Shown here: piece after piece, positions 1 to 12,000 of the stretch
Layout of the letters: each line of letters starts with the position of its first letter
How positions within the stretch are numbered: position 1 is the first letter of the stretch
From: Chrysochromulina tobinii
Taxonomy: Eukaryota
Length of the DNA: 36,509 nt
NCBI GenBank assembly: GCA_001275005.1
Contig: JWZX01003355.1
Location: 1 to 36,509, forward strand
Direction of reading: 5' to 3'
Translations under genes and position numbers: made by a program
Notes under the pieces: generated by a model
What the model was told of the DNA's origin: nothing
The model's database searches: none
What the model saw: only the letters and a program-made list of their open reading frames with translations

Positions 1-3000
1 GCCGGCGGACCGATCGTCGCGCGCCATGAAGCGTGCGACGCGCGGCGGTGCGAAGGAGCCAAAGTCACCCGTGATGGCCACGCCGGACGTGGTGGCAGGC
101 GACACGAGGGCACGGGTGCGCAAGTCCGCATCGGGCCGGATGGAGAGGGCCGCTAGCGCAGTCGTGTCGGAGAAATTGCCCAGCCCCTCGCCAAAGGTAA
201 TCAGCAGCGTCGACGTATCGGTCCACTCGCCCTCGTAGTGCGCGTCTGGTGGTGCCCGCCACGGCTCTCCCCGCACGTCTCTAAACGCGAGCACAGAGTC
301 CACATACGTGCGGTTGGGCAGCCGAGGGCCAATGGCGCCAATGGCGGGGAGCCCGGCGTAGCCGTTGGTTTCGCGGTCGAACGTGATGCGCAGGCGGTCG
401 CCCGCGCCCAGGATGGTGTCATTGTTGATCGGGTCGATGGCGAGCGCTTCGACAACGATAGGGGGCGACGAATAGCCCTTCGGCGACGACGCGTCGGTCG
501 TGACTCGAAAGGTAGACGTCGCCGAGCGCGAGGTGCGCGCCGGGTTGCGGACCGAGCCCGCGACCGAGACGAGCATCGTGCTGTCGAGGGACGGTCGCGC
601 TGCTTGGCGCGGGCCGCAGTCCGTGCAGTCGGAGCCGTACGGGCAGCGCGTGAACTCGGCGCCGAAGCCGCCATCGTCACACGTGCCGTCGGAGGCATGG
701 GCACACGTCTCTGGGCAGAGGGCGCCCCCCGAGACGACGACGGTCACCTCGAAAGTGGAATCATCGAGCCAGCTGCCGCTGTACGAGCTGCCGATCGGAT
801 GGGAGAAGGAGAAGAGGGAGTCGACGTAGAGCTTGCCGCCGCTCACGCCGCCGCGGTCGGTGAACTTGTCGAAGAGCACCTCGAAGGTGGTGCCCGACGT
901 GTAGGCGGTGTTTGCCGCACTCGCCGGGCGCGCTTTGAACGAGACGAGTCGCGGCGCGACGGCGCCGAAATCTCCGGTGAGCTCGACGGGGATGCCGGTG
1001 CTCGGGAGGGTGGTGCCGGCGCGATTGCGGATGTTACTCTGATTCTTCAGACTCGCCATCGTGATCCCAACGGCGGGGGCGTCGGCGAGGTCGGGCGGCT
1101 CGATGATCACGATGCGGAACGTCGAGTCGTCGAGCCAGTGCCCCGTGTAGTTGCTTCCGAGGGGCGTGCTGATGTCAAAGAGCCGATCGACGAGCGCCAT
1201 GCCCGACTCGGGTGCCGCCTCCTGCGAGCTGCCGTCGACGGACGTGAGGTTCGTCAAAAGGGCGCCTCGGTTCGTGGCCATGTTGAGCGTGAGCGTGAGC
1301 ATGTCGCCCGCGCCGTAGACGGCATCGAGGTCGAAGGGATCGTCGGCAACGAACGAGACGAGTGCGGGCGGCGAGTCGAGGCCATAGTTGCCGCTCAGCA
1401 CGGCGCTCTGCCCAGCGGCGGACGGGCGCGTGTGATCACGGTCGCGGATGGCGCCACCGACGGTGGCACGCGCCGTGCCGAGCGCCGGGGCCGCCTGACC
1501 GACGGAGATGAGCGTGACGACAAAGGTCGAGTCATCAACCCACTCGCCTGAGTAGTCGTCTCCCACCGGCGGAGAAAAGGTGAGTAGTGAGTCCACGTAG
1601 AGCTTCTGATCAGTGGACGTGTCGCGGTTGGTCGGGCGCGAAAAGGAGAGGGTGAGCGTGTCGCCCGTCCCGAAGCCGAGCCCCGAGTTATCCGGGTCGT
1701 TGGCGACGATGCTCACCGGCTCCGGAGCCTCGTCACTGCCATAGTCGCCCGTCAAATAGGGGCTCACGGCTATGGAATTCGACGAGGCGCCGCCGCCCAT
1801 GGCGCCCACAGTGGGGCTCGGCGCGGCGCTCAGGCCGTTGCCCGCCGCGCCTCGCACTGAGCCGATGACGTGGACGGTGGTGAGGGCGATCGGCGGCGCG
1901 GTCGCGCCGGGCGTGAGCACCTCGATCACGAAGACAGACGCGTCTCGACACGAGCCACTGTACTCAGCGCCGAGCGGCTGGCTGAACTGGAAGAGCGCGC
2001 TCACGTACTCCATCCCCCCGCCCGTCGGCCAGCCCGGCTTGACGTTGACTGCCGAATCGAATCGGATCCGCAGCGCATCGCCCTCCGACCACGAGCGGCG
2101 CGCGCACATCACGACGTTGTCGACGAAGCTCAGCTGCACGATCCCAGGCACGTGGCCACCGGGCGCCCAGTACGGCGCGTCGGGCCTCAGGTGCGCGTCG
2201 CCAAAGGTGCCGCTCAGCAGCACGGTCCGAAGCTGCGACGCGAGCCTCTCGAGCTCGCCCGCGAGCAGCGCGCTGCCTTCGTTATCGAGATTGCCGAGCG
2301 TGCCGTCGCCGTCGGAGTCGACGCTGTCCTGACGCAGCCACACGCTCGTGCGCCCGACGCTCGCGATGCTCTGGCTGGCGTCCACGAGCGTGATGACAAA
2401 CATGGACGAGTCGACCCACTCGCCCGTGTAGTCGTTCCCGAGCGCCGTCGAGAAGGGGAAGATGTCGTCCACAAACGAGCGGTTGCCGCGCAGCGCACCG
2501 GCGGCGTAATTGGTCACGCCATCAAAGTGGATGGTCAGAGTGTCGCCCACCGACGCGACCGAATCGCCATCATTCGGGTCGGCGGCGACAAACGAGGTGA
2601 TCGAGGGGATGGACGCCGCAATCGACTCGGTGGGCGTCTGAGAGAGGCTCGGCGCTGACGAGCCTGAGCTGGTGCGCACTGCCGCGAGGCCGAGGCCGCG
2701 CAGCTGCACGCGTGCGACGTCGCCCGAGCACACGCCCGGGGCGACGCACACTTGCCCCGGCATGCAATTCCAAGCGCCGAGTTGAGCGCCGAGGTTGCCG
2801 GTGCTGGTGTCGTCGCAGTCGGGATCGTGAGCTCCGCACGCGCAGTCGCAGCCGTCGCCGGTGCCATAGGTCGCAAAGCCGCAGCGCCACGAGGCGGGCG
2901 CGGGCGGGTGCTGGGACTGGTGCGTCAGGTTCGAGTCGAGGCTGCCGGCATCGACCACCTCCACGCGCAGCGCTTGTGGGCTCAGCCAGCTGCCGCGCAG

Positions 3001-6000
3001 CTCGTAGCCAAGCACGGGCTCGAAGCTCAGCAGGTTGGCAACCTGCAGGTGGCTTAATGGAACTTGGGCGCCAGTGGGCGCCTGCAGGCCGGCACGATCA
3101 GTAGGCACGTCGAAGAGGAGAAGCAGCTCGGCGCCTGCCATGCGATTGGTAGGCAGCTGCGCGGGCCGCCGGAAGGCACGGGTGTAGTAGCTGCGGATCA
3201 TGGGGGGGGGGCGGCTGCCGAGGTCGCCGGTGAGGTTACATGCGGTGGTCTGTAGAGCCACGGCGCCCATGTACAACGAGGGCGTGATGTGCGGCCGGCC
3301 GGGGAGACCGGTGACGAAGCGGATCTGGCTGCCCACGACGGGCGTGACGAACCTGATGAGGGAGGCAATCCGATGAGTGATGAGGGAGGCAATCCGATGA
3401 GTGATGAGGGAGGCAATCCGGTTAATATGAGGCCATCAGACGCCATCAGACGCCATCAGACGCCTTCAGATGCCATCAGACGCCATCAGACGCAATCAGA
3501 TTATGAGAGGGCGCGACGAACCCTGTGAGGAGCCAGTGCGTCGAGACGACGCGCGTGGGGCCGGCGGCGATCGCTGCGGGCGGAAGGCTGGGGGCGGCGA
3601 GGCTGGGCAGGCGGGGCGGTGGCGCCGTGAAAGGGGGCGGCATGTGCACGTTCGCGTTGCTGCTCGCATTGTGCGCAGACGTCGTGTAGGTGCCGACGGG
3701 CGCGCAGTGGGCCCAACTGAGCGTGACGTTGCTCGCATTCGACAGAGTTGCGTTGCTTCCGTTGGTCGGACTGGTCGGCAGCAGAATGGGAGTGCATTCG
3801 AGGGATGCATTCGACGTAGTGGTCGCATTGGGGCTCAGCAGGGCGGGGGGGGCGGCGGGGGGGCTGCTCCGCATGGCGCTGCTCTCCCCAAGCGTGCGCA
3901 CGCGGCCGCCTGTGGGGTTGATGATGGTCACGACGAAAGTGAAGTCGTTGACCCACACGCCGCTGTAGTCGGCACCGAGCGGATGCGAAAAGTCGAAGAG
4001 CTCATCGACCAACGGCTTGCCCCCGGACATGGCGCACGGCCAGCTCGGGTTCCCAAATCGGGACATGCATACCTCGGCGGCGGGGCGCGCGCGCTCGTCG
4101 AAGGTGATGCTGAGCGTATCTCCCGCGCTGAGCTGCATGTCGCCATTGTCCGGATCGGCAGCGACGAAGGAGACGATGCGTGGCAGAGGGCCGCTCGACA
4201 AGGTCGCGACCGTACGAGACGGCGGCGCGTTGAGCAGCGGGCTCTGCACGTCGCCTTGGACGGCCACCGTCATGCCCAGCTGCACGGGCCACGGGGGCGA
4301 CGCGATGCTCGTAGCGAGCACCTCGAGCGTCGACGAGTCCGTCCAGACGGCGCGCAACTCGTCCCCGACGCGTGAGGGCAGCGCGGGATTGCGAACGTCC
4401 TCTCCCGGCCAGTGGAAGCTGAAGAGCCGATCCAAATATGGGCGAGTGCCCTCATCAAGGGCGCGATTGGTCGCCACGTCGAACTCGATCTCGAAGCGAT
4501 CTCCGACGCCGTAGGACAGGTCGCCCTCATCGGGGTCGGAGGCCTCGAACCGCACGATGCGCGGCGCCGTGCTCGATCCGAAGGAGCCCGTGAGCACCGC
4601 CGAGTCCCCACAGGGCGGTGAGGTGCGCGCCGCGTTGGTGATGTCTCCACACATGCTGGACGTGAACGTCGGGCAGCGCTTCGCGGAGAAGGTGGTGGTG
4701 CCGTCGAGACGAATGCCGTTATTGGACGAGACGTCAGAGACGGTGATCACAAACGTCGAGCTGTCGGCCCACGTGCCGCTGTACGAGTTGCCCAGCTGGC
4801 CCGAGACGGAGAAGAGGGCGTTGACAAAGGCGCGGCCTCCGCTCACGCCCGCGGCCGCATACACGCCGCCCGCGTTCGGATTCGTATAGAGCCCTCCAGC
4901 TTGGTAGTTTCGGTACGTGACGCTGAGCGCGACGTTGAAGGTGATGGTGATGAGATCGCCGTCGCTGTACTCGAGTGCGGAGCTGTCCGGGTCCGAGACG
5001 ACCACCGACACGATCCGCGGCATGTCGAACGAGCCAAAGGTGCCGATCAGCGGCAGCACAGTCGAGGTAGAAGCGGCGGCCGAGGTGCTGCCCGCATTGC
5101 GCACGCGCACCGCGTCGCGCAGTCGGACGGTCGTCGAGCCGTCGAGCACAGGGAGGAGCCCCACCGTCGTGATCGTCACGTCGGTCGTGACAGGCGGCAC
5201 GTAGAGGAAGCGCGCGAACTCGCACTCGCGAGCGGACTCGCCGCGCGTCCGGTCGCAGAGGGTGTTGGGCGTGTCGAACATGTACTCGGCTCGAAGCTTG
5301 TCTGCGTCGAAGCCGTCCCACCAATAGGTACTAGAGGAGGCGGGCTCTAAGGAGGTCTGAGGAATGAACTGGTAGATGCCGCGCAGCGAAATTCTCTCTT
5401 GAGGGAAGCCCACAGCCCTGCTCAGGTTGACCACGGGATCTTGCACGAGGCTCGGCAGATTGAGCCACGGCCGTTGGAGCTGTCCGGGCCCAGGCCCCGC
5501 GGTGGCGGCGGAGGGCTCGAAGGCGATGCTCGCGCCGGTCGTGTCGATGAGTGTGATCACAAAGGTCCACTCGTTGAACCAGGCGCCACTATAGTCCGCA
5601 CCCAGATTGAGGGGCTGGTTGGGGCTGAAGCCTGCGAGATACACAGGCCGACGCGCCAAATCGTACTCAATGTAGCCGTTGCCCACGAATTGGAAGAGAG
5701 AGTCGACGTACGCCTTGTTCCCCGACGGGAAGCGAAGCGGTCCGCTCGGATCCGCATCGGGCAGCGGTGCCACGTAGGCCATGCCCGCGCTCGTTGGCCG
5801 GTCGAGGACGATCGAGATCGTGTCGCCGGCAGTGTAGCCAGCGCCGGCGCCCGCGGCGATCAGCTGGATCGTCTGTGGGTTTGGCTGCCAGACGCCTGTC
5901 AGCTGCGCGGGCTGCCAGTTGCGCTGGAGCGTGCATGCCGGCACGGGCAGCTGGTTCGTCTCCCACTTGTCGCCGACGGGTGCGCCTGAGCCGCCCTCGA

Positions 6001-9000
6001 CGGCGCTTGTGGTGCACATGATCGGTCCAGCCTGCGGCGCGTACGCCGAGATGCGCGGCTCACGGTAGTACAAGAACGTCAGCCCCGTCGGTGCGAAGTC
6101 GATGCCGTTGAGCGACACGTACACCATCACGTCGCCCGCAAAGTTCAAGTCCATGGCGGCCGACGGGCACACGATGGTGTTGGACACGTTGTAGCCCAGC
6201 ACGCCCAGGACGGCGGCGCCGGAGAGCGCCAGCGTCGTGTGGGCATGGTCCTCACCCCATCGGCAATAGCGCTGCGCCGCCGCCGAGTCGTCGAATCCGG
6301 TGAGCGTCCCTCGCCAACTCTGAGCCTCCCTCATGACCCAACGTGTGCCGCCCGAGCTTGGGCCTCGCAGCCGCCCTTGGACCAGCACCATGCTGCCGGG
6401 CTGCTCGTAGTAGCGCAGCTCGAGCCTCACTTTGACGAATTGCTGCCCGTTGATGGCCACGCTCAGCTCGTCGATCGGGCTGCTGCCGCGCGGGGGCGTG
6501 CGGCACTCGAGCCGGTTGGCCGCCACCGTCAGGGCTGGGGTCTCTCTGTAGTTGGCGAGCACCTGTGGGGAAGAGGCGAGCTCGTCCCAAGCACCCCAAC
6601 GGCAGCGCGCCGCGCCAGCTGCGGGCGGCTTGTACGTGCCGAGTGCGTCGAGCCCGTTGGCGTAGACGGTGATTAGGGTGCCCCCGCTCGACGGCCCGCC
6701 CCTCGGTGAGAGGCTGAGGACATCGGCGAGCGTCGGGTTCCGGTAGTACGTGAAGTCCAATCCCGTGTCCTCGAAGGGCGCGATGCCGTTCAGGGAGAGG
6801 TACAGACGGACCACGCCCACGACGGTGCGTGGTGTGGTGGTGCACGTGATGCGGCTCGCGTTCAAAAAGGAGGGCGTGACCAGTCCGCTCTCTTCTTCGC
6901 CCCAGCGGCAGCGCACGAGCTCGGGCGTGTCCGAGTTGAACGCGTCGAGGGCCGCGCCCTCTAGGTGGACGACGGTGCCGCCCTGCAGTGGGCCGCCGCG
7001 CACGGAGAGGGAGTAAAAGATGGACGAGATGACGAAACCAATTCGACTCTGCGCGGCGACGGTGGCATCGATGAGGTGCGAGACGGAGCGGAGCGTCCGG
7101 TCGTACAGTGCCGACGAGGCCTCGCCCACCAGGTCAACGAGGGAGCGTGCGAGCAGAAAGGGTGTCGGCAGCCGTCCAGTGTTCACAGGGAGAATCTCCA
7201 CGACGACGCTGATCGCTGTGAAGGCCGTAGAGCTGAGCTGTGAACTGTGAACAGCCGTAGAGCTGAGCTGCCGGCCTCCGCTTTCGGAGGACTCGACGGC
7301 GGCGCTGCCACCACCAGCCCCAGCGAGCTGCAGCCGCCGGCCAGCGGAGCCGCCTCCAGCTGAGGACGACTCACTCACGATGCGCACGACCTGCAGGCGC
7401 GACGCCGTCACGTTGCGTCCGTTCGACTCGACGGCCATCAGCGAAGCGGCGAGGTCCTGCCGAAGCGCCGCCTCGAAGGCCACCCGTGCTTGCGAGCCGG
7501 CGGGCACCTGGTCGATCCCGAGGTTCACGCGGAAGGTGACTCGGCGTGAACGCTGCGGCTCCATCGAGTAGAAGCCAAACGAAAAGGGCGTGGGGTCAAA
7601 GTCGGCGCCATTGAGCGAGACGAGCACGTCGTGGACGGCCGTGTCGGGCTTGGACGGCGTCGCGCACCGAAGCTCGGAGCTGCTCAGGTAGAGAGCGATC
7701 GTATCATCCGTGTCAAGCCCGTCGGTGAAGCGGCAGCGCGCAAACTGCGGCGTGCGTCTGCCTTCGTACTCATGGAAACCCAAGCCGTGGAGCGTGATGA
7801 TCGTGCCGCCGAGCGTCGAGCCGCCGGTCACGGGCGCCATCGTCGTCAGGTTGTACGGCTGCGTGTAGTACGCAAACGGAACGGAGGTTCGAACAAAGTC
7901 GGCACCGTTGAGCGCGAGCACAAACTCGCGGTCCACGTCGGGAAAGTTTGCAAAGGCTCCGCGGTCGAAGGACTCGCAGATGACGGTCGTGTCGCTTAGG
8001 AAGAGGGGGGTGGTCATGTACCTGAGGAGTTGGCACTCATAGGTCATTGGTTGCCATCAAGGAGGCCATCAGGCAGGTCATCAGGGAGGTCATCCGGGAG
8101 GCAATCAGGGAAGCAATAAGAGGCCATCAGAGGCCAGCACAGGCAATCAGACGATGCGTACTGGCCAGAGTAGTCAGAGAGCGCCCTCGACGCTTGCAGC
8201 ACGTCGATGATGAAGACGGAGCCATCGTACCACTCGCCTGAGTAGTCGGGGCCGACGGTCGGCTTCATGAGGAAGAGCGAGTCGACAAAGTCGCGCCCGC
8301 CTGAGTGCGCGCCGCGGTTCGTCCGACCGTTGAACGTGACTGTGAGCGTGTCGCCCACGCCGTAGCTAAAGTCGCCGCCGTCGGGGTCGGACGCTCGGAA
8401 GCTCACGATGCGCGGTGGCTGGAGAGTACCAACGCCCGCGTTCCGAGTCTGCAGGACGGGAGAGGTGGCGGTGGCGGGCGCCGAGGTGCGCCCACGGTTG
8501 CGGATTGGCTGCCCGGCCGTTGGCGATGAGGCGATCGTGGGCGTCACGCGCACATTTTTGAGGGTGACGCCGTCGGTCGTGATGCCCTCGTTGCTCGCGT
8601 CCTGGATAGTGATGACGAAGCTCGAGGCATCCTGCCACTCGCCTGAGAACTGGGCGCCGAGCGGGTGCGTGAACGTGAAGAGCGCGTTCACAAAGGCCTC
8701 ATCGCCGCGCGTAGGGGCGTCGAGGCCGCCCCGATCTGTGAGCCGGTCAAAAGTAGATAAAGAGCGAGTCGCCCTCGCCGAAGACGGTGTCGGCATTGTC
8801 CACGTCCTCCAAGATGAACCCACCTACTGGGAGGATCTTGGGCGCCTCAAGGGAGCCAAACGAGCCCACGAGCAGCGCCTGGCCGGAGGCCGCCTCCGAG
8901 TTGCCCGCCGCGTTGACAATCAGCCCGCCGCGCACATCGCGGAGGGATGCGTGCGTCTGGCCCACGAGGGCGGTGCCGCCCGCCGCGCTCACGATCGTCA

Positions 9001-12000
9001 CGAGGAGGGTGGACTCGTCCGTCCACTGGCCCGTGTAGTCGGCGCCAAGCGCGCCCGAGAATTCGAACAGTCGATCGATCTGGGCGCGCGAGATCGAGTT
9101 CTCGCTGTCCTCGGGGTAAAAGGCGCGCGAGGCGCCGCCTCGGTCGGTCGCCACGTCGAAGCGTAGCATGAGCGTGTCGCCCGTCGAGAGCACCGCGTCA
9201 GCATTGTCCGGGTCATCGGCTGTAAACGAGAGAAGCTGAGGCGTACGCACGACGCCAAAGTCGCCCTCGACGGCCACGAGCACCGTCCTGTCGGCGATGC
9301 TCTCGTTGGACAGCCCCCGGTTTTGGATGAGCGCACCCGGCAGGCCCCGTCCTCCGGCGGTCCGCACGTTGAGGTTACTCGGGCGCGTCGAGCGCGGCAC
9401 GAGGCCCGAGACCGACGGGATGATGTCGGTCGGGTCGATGATCTGGACCACAAATGTCGACTCGTCCACCCACTCGCCCGAGTAATCGTCCGCCGGATCG
9501 CCCTCCGAAAAGGAGAAGAGGCCATCCACGTAGTTCTTGAGGCCGTACCGCTCGCCGCCCGCGCGGTCGGTTGGCTTGTTGAACTTGATCGTAAGCAGAT
9601 CGGTTGCGCCATACACCGCGTCGGCATTGTCCACGTTGCTCGCCACGTAGGAGATGATGAAAGGCTGGTCTAGCGATCCGAACGAGCCGTCGAGCATCGG
9701 CTGGCGCAGGTTGCCCCGCGAGTTGCGCACGTCGGCGCGCAGGCGCACGATCGTCACGCCGAGCTCCAGGTGCGCGACGGTGATCTCGTACGGCATGAAG
9801 GTGGGCCGAGGATAGTCGGGCAGAGCGGCAAAGCCGAGCGGGTGAAGCGTGACCGTGTTGTTGCCGATCAGGTATGGCGTGGGCTGCGTGCCCGAGTAAT
9901 TGTTCGCCACGGCCGCGCTCGGCGTGCCCGGGGGGACGCGCCCGCCCGGGCATTCGAGCTGCAGCACGAACGCGGACCCGTCCTCGGACCACGCGCCCGT
10001 CGAGTTGAGACCGTTGGCGATATCGTACACGGGGCAGTCGCCGTTGAAGGGGATGGCGCATCGGGTCGATGGGTTTAGGAAGGAGAAGAGCTCATACACG
10101 TCCGTCGTGCCGCCCGCCTTGTCGGTCGTCATGTCGAAGGCAAAGGTGAGCGTGTCGCAGTAGCCGTAGACCGAGTCGCCATTATCCTCGTCGTCGATGG
10201 TGACCGAAAGGAGACGGGGAGGGCGCTCGGAGCCAAAGCTACCACGGAGCACAGCCTCATCGGTGCAGCCGACGCTGGTCGCGGCCACGTTGGTCACATT
10301 ATAAGTGCCGGCGGCGCCAAAGTTGTGACGCACAGTCACGCGCGTGATGCCGATGCGAGGGAACGGCGTGTCCGAGGAGGTGTCGAGGGCCGTCACCACG
10401 AACTCGCGCGCGGACGTCCACTCGCCAGAGTAGTCGACGCCGAGCGAGTCCGAAAAATGGAGCAGCGTGTCGACGTACTCCTTGCCACCCGCCTGGCCGA
10501 GGAGGCCGGCGCGATTGGTGTCCACGTTGAAGATCAACGTGAGCGTGTCGCCGATCGAAAAGGTCGGGTCGGCATTGTCCGCGTCGTGCGCTGTGAAGGA
10601 GAGCAGCGTCGGCGGCGCCGAGCTCCCAAACGAGCCCTCGAGCGACGCTGGCTCGGTGGTGACCGCGCCAGAACGCGAGGCACTCCGCAACGAAGCGGCG
10701 CCGTTGAAGAAGGCCAAGATGGGCGGCGGCCATTCGGAGTATGAGGGCGCGTACGGGAGGATGTAGGGCGGCGGCGGCGAGGGGGAGCCATCGCGCGGGG
10801 GGGCGGGCGGCAGCACGAGACGCTCGTAGATGCACGCCTGCTCGGGGATGACGCCGAGACTCGCGTTGCTCATTAGGTGCGCCAGGTTGTCGACGCTCAC
10901 GCCCGGCATGGGCACGCACGGGCCCGACATGATCGGCACGCCCGCACCCGCCGTGTCGAGGATGTGGATCTTGAACGTGGAGCTATCGGCCCACACGCCC
11001 GTGTAGTCGGCGCCGAGGGAGTGCGTGAAGACAAAGAGCTCATCCACAAACTCGCGCGGTCCGCTGGTGCGGCGCGGCGGGGCGAGCGCGTCCGTGGGCA
11101 TATCCAGCGTGATCGTGATCGTATCGTCCTTGCTGAACACCTCATCAAAGTCATCGGGATCGTCAGCGACCAGGGCGGCGATGCGCGGCGCCGAGAGCGA
11201 TCCAAACGAGCCCTTGAGGACGGGCAGCGGGCCTGGGTCTTTTTCGGCGCAATAGGTGTGGTACAGGTTGACGCAGACGTACTCCTCGCCGGGGTAGTCA
11301 CTCAGCCCATCCGCAGCGCGTACGCGAATACGCTCGAATGCGGGCGAGCCATCCGGATCTTGCAGCTCGACGTACGTGATCCCCATCTGCTGCAGCCAGG
11401 GGCGCACAGTAGCCTCCGTCAGGGTCTGCAGGTCCACGTTGGCCGGCCGAAGGGCCGCGACCGTCGCCGAGACGCGCGGTGCCTCAAACCCAGGAGCGAC
11501 CGCGGTGACCACGATTGCAAAGGTGCGGTTGTCACGCCACTCCCCGTAGTAATCGGTCGCGAGCGGGCTCGAGAATGTGAAGAGGCGTAGCACGAACTGC
11601 TTGCCGCCGCTGCAGGCCGGCTCGCAGAGCGCTTTGTCCGTGTCGCGATCGAAGCGCAGCAGGTACTCATCGCCCACCGAGAGCACCGCGTCGCGATTGT
11701 CCGCATCGGAGACGGTAAAGCTGACCAGTGCAGGGGCGGGCGGCATCGGCACCACCTGCAGGGGCGGGCACGTCAGGTCCGCGCGAACGTTGGTCTCTGC
11801 GCAGACCTGCGTCCCGTTGATCAGCAGGCCGTGCGTGTAGAGCCTCTCGGTCGTGCCGAATTGGAGGAACTCGAGGTTGCCGCCCCCAAAGCGGAGCGGA
11901 TTGAGTTCGGAGCGTCCGAAGCCGGTCACGTCGAGATCGGTCGAGATGACAAAGGTGGACGCGTCGCGCCAGCTGCCCGTGGCCGTCTTGCCCGGCCCGC

